32,000 nt of DNA from Synechococcus elongatus PCC 6301 (GTDB lineage: Bacteria > Cyanobacteriota > Cyanobacteriia > Synechococcales > Synechococcaceae). The notes beneath the pieces were generated by a model. It saw only the letters and a list, made by a program, of their open reading frames with translations. It did not search any database and had not been told where the DNA came from. The stretch spans positions 1,500,001 through 1,532,000 of the forward strand of contig NC_006576.1 of assembly GCF_000010065.1 (NCBI RefSeq). The letters run 5' to 3'. The translations under genes and the position numbers were made by a program. Each line of letters begins with the position of its first letter. The stretch's first letter is position 1. Below, piece after piece: positions 16,426-25,700 of this stretch.

Positions 16426-17250
16426 ATGAACTATGCACTCCCCCTAACTGCTTTTGTTGGGAGCTTCACTTTAATGCTCTTGGTAGGGGCACCAGTAAAG
16501 GCTTGTCCACCGGGTCACTATCAAATGGGTGGTGGCAATGCTGGTTGGGTCGGTTGTGCGCCCATGGATGGTGGCGTAGGTTCAGGGAACAGTGCTCCCA
16601 GCATTGCAGATATGAATATCACTGCTCCCAGATTGTCTACCTACGATGCGAAGCAATGGGTGGATTTCTTTGAGCAAATGGCACAGTCCAGCATCGAGAC
16701 TGAGCGCGAACTAGTTGGCAAGGAAAACCCAGAGGTCTATGAAGCTTTGTTGCAAGGAGTTTGGATCTTTGGCAGTTCGAAGCTGGATAGCAAAGTCCCC
16801 ATGTGTACGGCTACTTTTGCAACCCGACGTGGTGGCGTGATGTTCCAAGATTGGACGGGCGATGAGCCAGGGACATTTCTTGCCTTCTACAACGTCAACA
16901 TTCAGAGGGTGAATCAGGTGAAGCGTGTCCGGGTTCGTCTCGAGCAATCCGGCGAAAGTCAGACAGTCGAAGCGTTCCAGACTAATTACCCGCTTGTGGA
17001 CACGATGGGCATGCTGATGTCTCGCGTGCCCTCAACTGAAGCACTTTTGTCGTCCATCGAAGACAACCAAGATTTCAACATCTACATGCGGGAGTCGGAT
17101 ATCGAAACAAGACGCGGCCTAGGGCTCTTACTCCTTCCGAATCGAGGCAGGAACGATGTTGAATACAAAGTCGTTTCTGGAGAATGGCACAGTGGCCTAT
17201 CTGCCCGCGACGCTCTAAAAGCCTGCATTCAAAAGCGTGATGCTCGCTAA
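16426..17250 (+). CDS. Secreted hypothetical protein (signal peptide, Cys/Gly-rich N-terminal segment)
   Basis: A strong AGGAG sits about 7 nt upstream of the ATG. The N-terminal signal-like segment is LTAFVGSFTLMLLVGAPVKAC. GC is modestly lower than nearby native sequence (28-32 per 60 nt in three sampled lines: 16441, 16681, 17041), and there is no perfect HIP1. Confidence 0.6.
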   Translation: MNYALPLTAFVGSFTLMLLVGAPVKACPPGHYQMGGGNAGWVGCAPMDGGVGSGNSAPSIADMNITAPRLSTYDAKQWVDFFEQMAQSSIETERELVGKENPEVYEALLQGVWIFGSSKLDSKVPMCTATFATRRGGVMFQDWTGDEPGTFLAFYNVNIQRVNQVKRVRVRLEQSGESQTVEAFQTNYPLVDTMGMLMSRVPSTEALLSSIEDNQDFNIYMRESDIETRRGLGLLLLPNRGRNDVEYKVVSGEWHSGLSARDALKACIQKRDAR

Positions 17251-17614
17251 ATCGATGAGATCCCTTGCAGAGATCTTGCAGTCTTGCTCTGACGCCTTAT
17301 TCCCCGCTGAAATGGGGCGTAAGAAGGTTGACATTCACAGCACAGATTGTGATGGGGATACGCCACTTCATGTGATGGTGCGACGGGCTGACTTTGCTGC
17401 AGTTCTAGTGCTAATCGAGGCGGGTGCTAACGTAAATGCGATCGGGGATATGGGTGAAACACCGCTGCACATTGCGGTTCGACAAGAGTTAGAACCGATC
17501 GTGGAAGCCTTGCTGGAGGCTGGATCCAATCCAGATATCCGGTCTGAATTTGGTCAAACTCCCAGAGAGCAGGCTGCAAAGCTTAAAGGCACCATCAAGC
17601 AATTATTTAGGTAG
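17240..17614 (+). CDS. Ankyrin-repeat protein (2-3 repeats)
   Basis: GDTPLHVMVRRADFAAVLVLIEAGANVNAIGDMGETPLHIAVRQELEPIVEALLEAGSNPD fits the ANK consensus (G-TPLH-A...LL..GA..N). Candidate starts are GTG 17237, ATG 17240 and ATG 17255. Each one either overlaps the upstream stop (17248-17250) or follows it within 5 nt. Confidence 0.8.
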   Translation: MLAKSMRSLAEILQSCSDALFPAEMGRKKVDIHSTDCDGDTPLHVMVRRADFAAVLVLIEAGANVNAIGDMGETPLHIAVRQELEPIVEALLEAGSNPDIRSEFGQTPREQAAKLKGTIKQLFR

Positions 17615-17644
17615 CTGCCAATCATCAAGGTATTCCTAGAGCAA

Positions 17645-18217
17645 CTACCAAATTTCGCGGAGATCCAGACTGAAACCAGTGAGGAGTGGATCGGCAGAAA
17701 TGATTTCTGGATTCTCAAGACATTCTGGATCTTGGGACGATCGCCATACTTCTACTTGTCGAAATGTCGGTAGAATCAGCCAGCCGAGCTGACAGCCATT
17801 TGCCAGATATTCTGCAAGTTTGCCACGCAGATCATCTGGGCGATCGCTCGCAGACGCCAGTTCAATTACAAAAGCCGGACAGCCTGGAAAGAACTCATCC
17901 AGGCCTCGTGTCACCGCCCGCGTTAACTGTTCCGGTGTCACCCAAGCAGCATCCGGCGAACGAATCGCACCATTCGGCAAGCGAAAACCCGTTGAAGAGT
18001 CAAAGATAGCGCCTTGTTTGGTTTGCCGGAACCACAGACCAAGCTGTGTGGCGATCGCCTGATTGCGACGGCCACTCTGCCAATGGGTAGGGCTCATTTC
18101 AATTAATTGTCCGTCAGCATCCAACTCAAAGCGGCAATCGGGATTGGCCCGACAAAGCTGCTCAAACTGATGCGGACTGAGGTGGAAGTTCCGAGGAATC
18201 GCAACCATGCTGGCCAC
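17645..18217 (-). CDS. Uma2-family (DUF820) PD-(D/E)xK putative endonuclease
   Basis: The pattern ELDADGQLIEMSPT ... RSPDAAWV ... FVIELASASD is typical of the cyanobacterial Uma2 family. Composition is native and the gene contains HIP1. Confidence 0.7.
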   Translation of the reverse strand: MASMVAIPRNFHLSPHQFEQLCRANPDCRFELDADGQLIEMSPTHWQSGRRNQAIATQLGLWFRQTKQGAIFDSSTGFRLPNGAIRSPDAAWVTPEQLTRAVTRGLDEFFPGCPAFVIELASASDRPDDLRGKLAEYLANGCQLGWLILPTFRQVEVWRSSQDPECLENPEIISADPLLTGFSLDLREIW

Positions 18218-18288
18218 TCAGACTCTGGCCTCTATTCTGTCTCAGCCCCCGTGCGATCGCAGCAAGGACTGAGACAACCCAACAGCAG

Positions 18289-19623
18289 CTAGGACTTCGC
18301 CAACTCTTTTTCGGCCGGATTAGTCATCGCTGCCGGGGCCGACATGCGGTGATGATTGACGATTAGGCGAGTGCCGCGTTTCTGGTTGAAGTAGGTCCAA
18401 GCCCACTGCACCATCACCAGCAATTTGCTGTCGAATTCAATCAAATACCAGACGTGGATAAAAGCCCAGACCAGCCATGCGGGGAAACCACTGAGGCGAA
18501 TACCTGCTAAGCGGGCAACCGCAGCGTTACGGCCAATCACTGCCATGCTGCCGAAGTCTTGGTAGCGGAAGGGATCAACGGGTTGACTCTTCAGCCGCCG
18601 CTTGAGTGCCTTACCGAGATAAGCCCCCTGCTGCATCGCGACTGCTGCCACACCGGGCAGTGGGTTGCCTGCTTGATCAGGGCAGTGGGCCAGGTCACCC
18701 AAGACGTAGACGTTGGGGTCAGTCGGCAGCTGCAAATCAGGCTGGACGATGACGCGACCAATGCGATCGAGTTCTGCACCGGTTCGTTGCGCTAGGAGCT
18801 TGCCCAAGGGTGACGCTTTGACGCCCGCAGCCCAAAGGGTCGTGCGGCTAGGGATCTCATGCAAGTCGTCGCCAGTCTTAAAGACGACGCGATCTTCTTG
18901 AATGTCGGTGACCATGGCTTTGGTTTGCACAGTCACGCCCAAGCCTTCTAGCTGTACTTGCGCTTGGGCTGACAGCTCTGGCGGGAAGGGTGGTAAGACC
19001 CGATCCATGCCTTCAATCAAAATGACCTTGGCTTTGGTGGTGTCGACATTGCGGAATTCTTTGCGCATTTCACCGCGGGTTAATTCCGCGATCGCGCCAG
19101 CTAGTTCAACGCCGGTGGGGCCTGCTCCCACGATCGTGAAGGTCAACCAAGCTTGCTGACGCTCTGGATCGCTCTCCTGCTCAGCTTGCTCGAGGGCAAA
19201 GTAAATCCGGCGGCGCATTTCCAGCGCATCTTCAACCGTTTTCAGCCCCGGAGCAAAGGGCTGCCATTGGTCGTTGCCAAAGTAGTGGTGGCTGGCACCC
19301 GTCGCCACAACCAAGTAGTCGTATTCGACAATTTCATCGCCAACGCGCACCCAATGGGCCTGCGGATCGATGTCAGTCACTTCACCGAGAATGACGCGGG
19401 TATTGGGGTTACGACCTACGATCGCCCGGAGCGGCGCAGGGATATCGCCCGGCGAAATTTCCCCTGTAGCCACTTGGTACAGCAAGGGTTGAAACAGGTG
19501 AAAGTTTCGTTTATCAATCAGGGTGAGCTCGACAGAGGTCTTGCCAAGATTGAGGGCGGTATACAGCCCTCCAAAACCGCCGCCAATGACGACGACACGC
19601 GGTTTGCTGACAGTCGAAATCAT
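18289..19623 (-). CDS. Type II NADH dehydrogenase (NDH-2)
   Basis: Two dinucleotide-binding motifs are present: VVVIGGGFGG and IVGAGPTGVELAG. I prefer the ATG at 19623 (MISTVSKPRVVVIGGG) to the GTG at 19689. Confidence 0.88.
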   Translation of the reverse strand: MISTVSKPRVVVIGGGFGGLYTALNLGKTSVELTLIDKRNFHLFQPLLYQVATGEISPGDIPAPLRAIVGRNPNTRVILGEVTDIDPQAHWVRVGDEIVEYDYLVVATGASHHYFGNDQWQPFAPGLKTVEDALEMRRRIYFALEQAEQESDPERQQAWLTFTIVGAGPTGVELAGAIAELTRGEMRKEFRNVDTTKAKVILIEGMDRVLPPFPPELSAQAQVQLEGLGVTVQTKAMVTDIQEDRVVFKTGDDLHEIPSRTTLWAAGVKASPLGKLLAQRTGAELDRIGRVIVQPDLQLPTDPNVYVLGDLAHCPDQAGNPLPGVAAVAMQQGAYLGKALKRRLKSQPVDPFRYQDFGSMAVIGRNAAVARLAGIRLSGFPAWLVWAFIHVWYLIEFDSKLLVMVQWAWTYFNQKRGTRLIVNHHRMSAPAAMTNPAEKELAKS

Positions 19624-19799
19624 GGGCGCTAGGAGTGAAATCTCTGTAGTGTGAGCGATCGCAGCGGCTGAAATGGTGGCTTGCGGCACCCTTTGACGCA
19701 GTAGGTCAAGAATTGTAAGGCACGACCGTAGCCTAAGTCACATTACTCATCATAGCGTGGCACTCTAAGGCCGCTTTTACACTGAATGATTTTGTGATT

Positions 19800-20354
19800 A
19801 TGACTATCGACACACAAACTGCTTTAGAACCGCTCTTAAAAGACATTGCTCAGCAACTAGGCGCGATCGCCCAAGCCCTGCGACCGGCGGATGAATCCTT
19901 GGGCTTTGGCCCCAGCCCCGGACGCCAGTACATCTATGTCAACCGTAGCCAAGGCTGTAATTGGTATCGCCTCGATGCCGAGGGTCATCCAATCGCAATC
20001 GAGGCACCAGCACTTACCGGCTATATCGTCGGTCTTGAAATTCGGGAGCTGCAGCGGCGCGGCAAAGCCGTTCCCAAGCTGCATTTGCACATCAAAGCCG
20101 ATCGCCATTACGTGCTGGAATCCGGTGCGCAATCGGTGTTCAGTAAGTCCTTACTGGTGGCGATCGCCCAACTCCAACCGGCACAACTACGGCAGCCAAT
20201 TACCCTGGAGCCCCAAGCGGCTGAGGGCAACGAAGCGGAGTTTGCCCGCCTTTACATCAACGGTGAGTACGTGCATGCCCCTTGGGATGACAACAGTGAC
20301 TTTCCGCATCTGACCCAGCAGGCGATCGCCGTCGTCCAAGCCGCCCAGAACTAG
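19800..20354 (+). CDS. Conserved hypothetical protein
   Basis: It is a long ORF with native composition and internal HIP1 sites. I recognise no motif. The ATG is at 19800. Confidence 0.5.
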   Translation: MTIDTQTALEPLLKDIAQQLGAIAQALRPADESLGFGPSPGRQYIYVNRSQGCNWYRLDAEGHPIAIEAPALTGYIVGLEIRELQRRGKAVPKLHLHIKADRHYVLESGAQSVFSKSLLVAIAQLQPAQLRQPITLEPQAAEGNEAEFARLYINGEYVHAPWDDNSDFPHLTQQAIAVVQAAQN

Positions 20355-20680
20355 CGGTTGTCGCCGTCGCCCTGCAAGACGCCCCGCTGTTGGCGCGATC
20401 GCAGTTTTTCCAAATTGGCTGACGCGATCGCGTCCATCTCGAGTCCCAGTTCCGTCGCCAGTTGCGCCACGTACCAGAGCACATCGCCCAATTCCTTGGC
20501 GATCGCCGCTTGGGTTTCGGCATCGATCTGGCCATGGCGATCGCGAATCACCTTTTTAATTTTCTCGGCCACTTCGCCCGCTTCACCGCACAAGCCTAAG
20601 GTGGGATAGAGAAAGTTACGACCGGCCTGGGGGTAGCAGGCGGTTTGGCGCGACTGTCGCTGGTAGTCCTGAAAATCCAC
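20351..20680 (-). CDS. MazG-like nucleotide pyrophosphohydrolase (single-domain)
   Basis: LCGEAGEVAEKIKK ... ELGDVLWYVAQLATELG matches the MazG/all-alpha NTP-pyrophosphatase EExxE...D pattern. Confidence 0.75.
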   Translation of the reverse strand: MDFQDYQRQSRQTACYPQAGRNFLYPTLGLCGEAGEVAEKIKKVIRDRHGQIDAETQAAIAKELGDVLWYVAQLATELGLEMDAIASANLEKLRSRQQRGVLQGDGDNR

Positions 20681-20795
20681 CGTTGAGTTTCCTCTGCATC
20701 AAAACAGCAATAAGACGGGTCCCTGTTGGTACTATCTTCCGTGAGTCCTGGTCTCTCTTTTCCACGGCTATCCGCCCCATTCGCCTCTGCTGTCG

Positions 20796-22580
20796 ATGCA
20801 ACCCAACGACTTTCAGCGCCGCACTAAAATTGTCGCCACGATTGGCCCTGCAACGTCCAAGCCCGAGGTGCTACGGGCGTTGATCGAAGCTGGCGCATCG
20901 ACATTACGGCTCAATTTCTCCCACGGAACCCACGACGATCATCAGCGCAGCATTCGCCTGATCCGTCAGATCTCCTTCGAGCTCAATCGTCCCGTTGGCA
21001 TTCTGCAAGACTTGCAGGGACCGAAAATCCGCCTCGGTCGTTTTGCCGATGGCCCAATTACAGTCCAAAAGGGTGACTCCTTCATCCTGACCAGCCGCAG
21101 TGTACCGGGCTCGCAAACAATCAGCTCGGTCACCTATGAACCGCTGGCCGATGAAGTGCCGGAAGGCGCAACGATTCTGCTTGATGATGGCCGCGTCGAA
21201 ATGACGGTGGTCAAGGTCGATCGCCAAACTCGTGAGCTGCACTGCGAAGTCGTGGTGGGTGGCATCCTCTCGAATAACAAAGGGGTCAACTTCCCCGGCG
21301 TCTATCTGTCTGTCAAAGCCCTGACGGATAAAGACCGCGAAGACCTGATCTTTGGTCTGGATCAAGGGGTGGACTGGGTCGCCCTCAGCTTTGTCCGCAA
21401 CCCGCAGGATGTTCTCGAAATCAAAGAACTGATCTCTCGGGCTGGGAAGTCAGTGCCCGTGATCGCCAAGATTGAGAAGCACGAAGCGATCGAGCAGATG
21501 GAAGCCGTGCTCTCGCTCTGTGATGGCGTGATGGTGGCGCGGGGTGACCTCGGCGTTGAGCTGCCAGCAGAAGAAGTGCCGATTCTGCAAAAACGACTGA
21601 TTCGCACCGCCAATCGTCTCGGCATTCCGGTGATTACCGCGACCCAAATGCTGGACAGCATGGTCAGCAATCCGCGGCCGACCCGGGCTGAGATTTCGGA
21701 CGTCGCTAACGCCATTCTGGATGGCACCGACGCGGTGATGCTCTCCAACGAAACAGCCGTCGGTAAGTTTCCGATTGAAGCCGTTTCAACCATGGCCACG
21801 ATCGCCCATCGGATCGAAGCTGAGCAGCAATACATCACCCTCAACCCGACGCCGACTAGCTCGATTCCCAATGCGATCAGCCAAGCGGTGGGTCATATCG
21901 CCGAGCAATTAGATGCGGCCGCAATTATGACCCTGACCCAAAGCGGCGCGACAGCCCGCAACGTCTCCAAATTCCGCCCGACCACGCCGATTTTGGCGGT
22001 TACGCCCAACATTGATGTAGCGCGTCAGCTGCAACTGGTTTGGGGCGTGCAGCCGCTTCTGGTCGTTGATTTGCCTTCGACGAGCCAAACCTTCCGCGCT
22101 GCCCTCAACGTCGCCCAAGAGCGCACTTTGCTCAAAGAAGGCGATCTGGTAGTGATGACAGCCGGCACCCTGCCGGGCGTTTCCGGTTCCACTGACTTGG
22201 TCAAGGTCGAAATCGTCACGGCAGTGATTGCTCGGGGGATTGGCGTTGGACAGGGTAGTGTCAGTGGCAAGGCTCGCGTCATCCACAATGCAGCGGAAGC
22301 GGCGACCTTGGCCCAAGGTGAAATTCTGATTGCCACCCAGACCTCAGCGGACTACATCGAAGCGATTCGCAAAGCCAGCGGCATTGTCACGGAAGAGGAA
22401 GGCTTGACCAGCCATGCCGCCGTGATTGGCCTGCGCCTCGGTATTCCCGTGATTGTTGGCGTCAAGAACGCCACTAGCGTCGTGCGTGACGGTTCAATCC
22501 TGACGCTGGATGTGAAGCGCGGGCTACTCTACTCCGGTGCCGTTGGGGCTGTTGCTGCCGAGCAGCCGATTTCCGTCTAA
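20796..22580 (+). CDS. pyk: Pyruvate kinase with a C-terminal PEP-utilizer (phosphohistidine swivel-like) domain
   Basis: The core contains RRTKIVATIGPA, MVARGDLGVE and the rest of a typical pyruvate kinase. An extra domain of about 107 aa (from nt 22257) carries the GLTSHAA motif, with the His codon at 22413-22415. Confidence 0.93.
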   Translation: MQPNDFQRRTKIVATIGPATSKPEVLRALIEAGASTLRLNFSHGTHDDHQRSIRLIRQISFELNRPVGILQDLQGPKIRLGRFADGPITVQKGDSFILTSRSVPGSQTISSVTYEPLADEVPEGATILLDDGRVEMTVVKVDRQTRELHCEVVVGGILSNNKGVNFPGVYLSVKALTDKDREDLIFGLDQGVDWVALSFVRNPQDVLEIKELISRAGKSVPVIAKIEKHEAIEQMEAVLSLCDGVMVARGDLGVELPAEEVPILQKRLIRTANRLGIPVITATQMLDSMVSNPRPTRAEISDVANAILDGTDAVMLSNETAVGKFPIEAVSTMATIAHRIEAEQQYITLNPTPTSSIPNAISQAVGHIAEQLDAAAIMTLTQSGATARNVSKFRPTTPILAVTPNIDVARQLQLVWGVQPLLVVDLPSTSQTFRAALNVAQERTLLKEGDLVVMTAGTLPGVSGSTDLVKVEIVTAVIARGIGVGQGSVSGKARVIHNAAEAATLAQGEILIATQTSADYIEAIRKASGIVTEEEGLTSHAAVIGLRLGIPVIVGVKNATSVVRDGSILTLDVKRGLLYSGAVGAVAAEQPISV

Positions 22581-22594
22581 GCCAGCACCCGTCG

Positions 22595-22620
22595 GAGGCG
22601 ATCGCCTCTTCATTCATTCT
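22595..22620 (+). terminator. Possible intrinsic terminator after pyk (HIP1-centred palindrome plus T-rich tail)
   Basis: GAGGCGATCGCCTC (22595-22608) is a perfect 14-nt palindrome followed by TTCATTCATTCT, and it begins 15 nt after the pyk stop. The tail is only moderately T-rich. Confidence 0.3.
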
Positions 22621-22715
22621 GAAAAGCGGAGCAATACCGGTTGACCTCTGGGCTGACCGGCAACAGCTTGATAGTCAACTGCTGTATAACGCAGAAGACC
22701 CACCCGAGAATCTGA

Positions 22716-25700
22716 ATGCACCGACTCGCGGCCATCCCCGGCGGTTGGACACCAGCCACCGAGGGCGTGATCTTCGTGGAACAGTCGCCTGCCCCGATTG
22801 TTTTTCTGACGGCGGCCGACACGGATGTCAGCGCGATCGCCCAAGCTCGGGCTTTTTTGCCCGCTGACTTTCCCGCTGTGCGCGTGGTCAATCTGCTGCA
22901 GTTACAGCAGCAACTGTCGATTGATACCTACGCCGAGTCGGTGCTGGCACAGGCGCAGGTTATCCTGCTGCGGTTGCTGGGAGGCCGCTCCTACTGGTCT
23001 TACGGCTTAGAGGTTGTGCGCGAGACGGTTGAGCGCAGTGGGGCCACACTGATTGTCTTGCCGGGCGACAATCAGCCAGATTTAGACTTGATGAGCCAGT
23101 CGGCCTTACCCTTGGCTGAGGTGCAGCAAGGCTGGCAATACTTTCTCGAAGGCGGTGTTGCCAATCTGGCCAATGCCCTGCGATGGGCAGCCCACCAAGG
23201 TGTATCCCCAAGGTTTAGTTATGAAGCACCGCAACGAATTCCAGCGGTAGGTCGCTATCCCTTCCTGACAGCACTAGACTATGCAACCACACCGCAGGTC
23301 GGCATTCTTTTCTATCGTGCTCACTATCTAGCAGGGAATCTGGCGGCGATTGATGCACTTTGCCAAGCCTTGTGCGATCGCAGTCTCTATCCAGTGCCGC
23401 TCTTTGTGACATCCCTGCGTGATGCGGAGATCCAAGCGGAGATAGTTGACTACTTCAAATATCAGCCTGAATCCGAGATTCAAGTCCTGATCAACACCAC
23501 CAGTTTTTCAGTTTTGCAACCGCTAGCACTGCAGCGGGAAGCGATCGCAGAAGCAGAACCCTCGCAGCTTTGGCAGTTGCTTAATGTACCAGTCTTACAA
23601 GTCATCCTCAGCGGCGGTAGCCTCGAGAGTTGGCAACAGGATTGGCGAGGTTTATCACCACGAGATGTGGCGATGAATGTCGCCTTGCCAGAAGTCGATG
23701 GCCGGATCATTACCCGGGCAATTTCCTTCAAAGCGACTCAAGGCTGGAATCCAGCCTTAGAAACCGATGTTTTGGGCTATCAGCCCTTGCCCGATCGCAT
23801 TCAGTTCGTAGCGGATTTAGCAGCGAATTGGGTGAAGTTACGAACAAAACCAACCTGCGACCGCAAAGTAGCACTGATCCTTGCGAACTATCCAACTCGC
23901 AATGGTCGTATTGCTAATGGCGTTGGTTTAGATACCCCTGCAAGCTGTCTAGAAATCCTTAAAGCTTTGCGACAGGAAGGGTATTATCTCAGCGATCTTC
24001 CCGAGGATGTCGATCAACTCATTCAGCAACTCACTACAGGTATTACCAATGATCCTGAAACCCAAGGGCTGAATCCCATTTATCAGTGCTTGAGCCACGA
24101 GCACTATTCTGCTTGGTTCCAGACGCTACCCAAAACTGTTCAGTCTGCAATTCAAACTCGCTGGGGTCAGCCTGAATCCAATTTTGCGATCGCGGGGATT
24201 CAGTTTGGGAATGTCTTCATTGGAATTCAACCAGCTCGGGGCTACGATCGCGATCCAGCCTTGAACTATCACGCACCCGATCTTGAGCCGACTCATGACT
24301 ATTTAGCCTTTTATGAGTGGCTGCGATCGGATTTTGGGGCTGATGCGATTGTCCATGTCGGCAAGCATGGCAACCTAGAATGGCTACCGGGCAAAAGTCT
24401 GGCACTTTCTGAGCAGTGCTATCCCGAAATTGCTCTTGGTCCGCTGCCCCATTTCTATCCCTTTATTGTCAACGATCCCGGTGAGGGTTCTCAAGCAAAA
24501 CGGCGATCGCAGGCAGTTATTCTCGATCACCTGACGCCTCCGATGACACGAGCTGAACTCTATGGCGGGCTGCAAAAGCTAGAGAGTCTAATTGATGAAT
24601 ATTACGATGCTCAAACGCTTGACCCCAAGCGACTACCTGCAATTCGCGATCGCATTAGCCAACTGATTCAACAAGATCATCTCAGTGCTGAAATTCAGGG
24701 TTTGACGCCAGATCAAGATCCTCGGCAACTCGATCCCGATCAACTGGCTGCCTTGATTACTAATGCCGATCGCTATCTCTGTGAACTGAAAGAGTCACAA
24801 ATTCGCGATGGTCTCCATATCTTTGGCAGTTGCCCCCAAGGTCGACAGCTGCGCGATCTGATCATTTCCATTGCTCGCCATCCCACAGCCGGTCGCCAAG
24901 GTTTAACCCGCGCGATCGCTCAAGCCTACGGATTGGAATTTGATCCTCTGACAGCAGATCTAGCTAGTCTATTGACGCCCAACCTGCAAGTACAGTCCCA
25001 CTGCTGCAGAACAGTAGGCGAAGCAGTTGAGCAACTAGAGGCGATCGCGGCGGATGCAATTGATCAGTTACTACAAGGGCAGGCAATCACGACCGTTACT
25101 GACTCAATTGAGCTACAGGCAGAACTCGATTGGATTGAACAATCGCTGTTGCCCAACCTCCGGCAAACCGATCAGGAAATGACAGCATTGCTGCGCGGTC
25201 TGGCCGGTCACTATATTCCTGCTGGCCCTTCGGGTGCCCCAACTCGTGGCCGACCTGAAGTTTTACCAACGGGTCGCAATTTCTACGCCGTCGATATTCG
25301 ATCGCTGCCAACAGAAAGTGCTTGGGATGTGGGACGCAAAGCAGCCGATCGCTTGATCGAGGCCTACACCCAAGAGCAGGGCGAATATCCGCAGACACTG
25401 GCTCTGTCGTTGTGGGGAACCGCCACGATGCGCACCGGCGGTGATGATCTGGCCGAAGCAATGGCGCTGATTGGCGTGCAGCCGGTTTGGGAGGGCAGTT
25501 CGCGGCGGGTGATTGATTTTGAAATCCTGCCGCTATCACTATTGCAACGCCCGAGAGTCGATGTCACTTTGCGAATTTCCGGCTTCTTTCGAGATGCATT
25601 TCCCAATCTGATTGACTTGTTTGACCAAGCAATCGCAGCAGTTGCCGATTCAGACGAGCCTGAAGATTGGAATCCGATCGCTGCCAAAGTTCGTCAAGAA

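Noticed and set aside
22581-22715. Possible cobalamin riboswitch upstream of cobN
   Set aside because: The gap is only about 135 nt. I could not find a B12-box-like element or the usual multi-stem architecture, only short weak hairpins. A covariance-model scan (Rfam cobalamin) would settle it.
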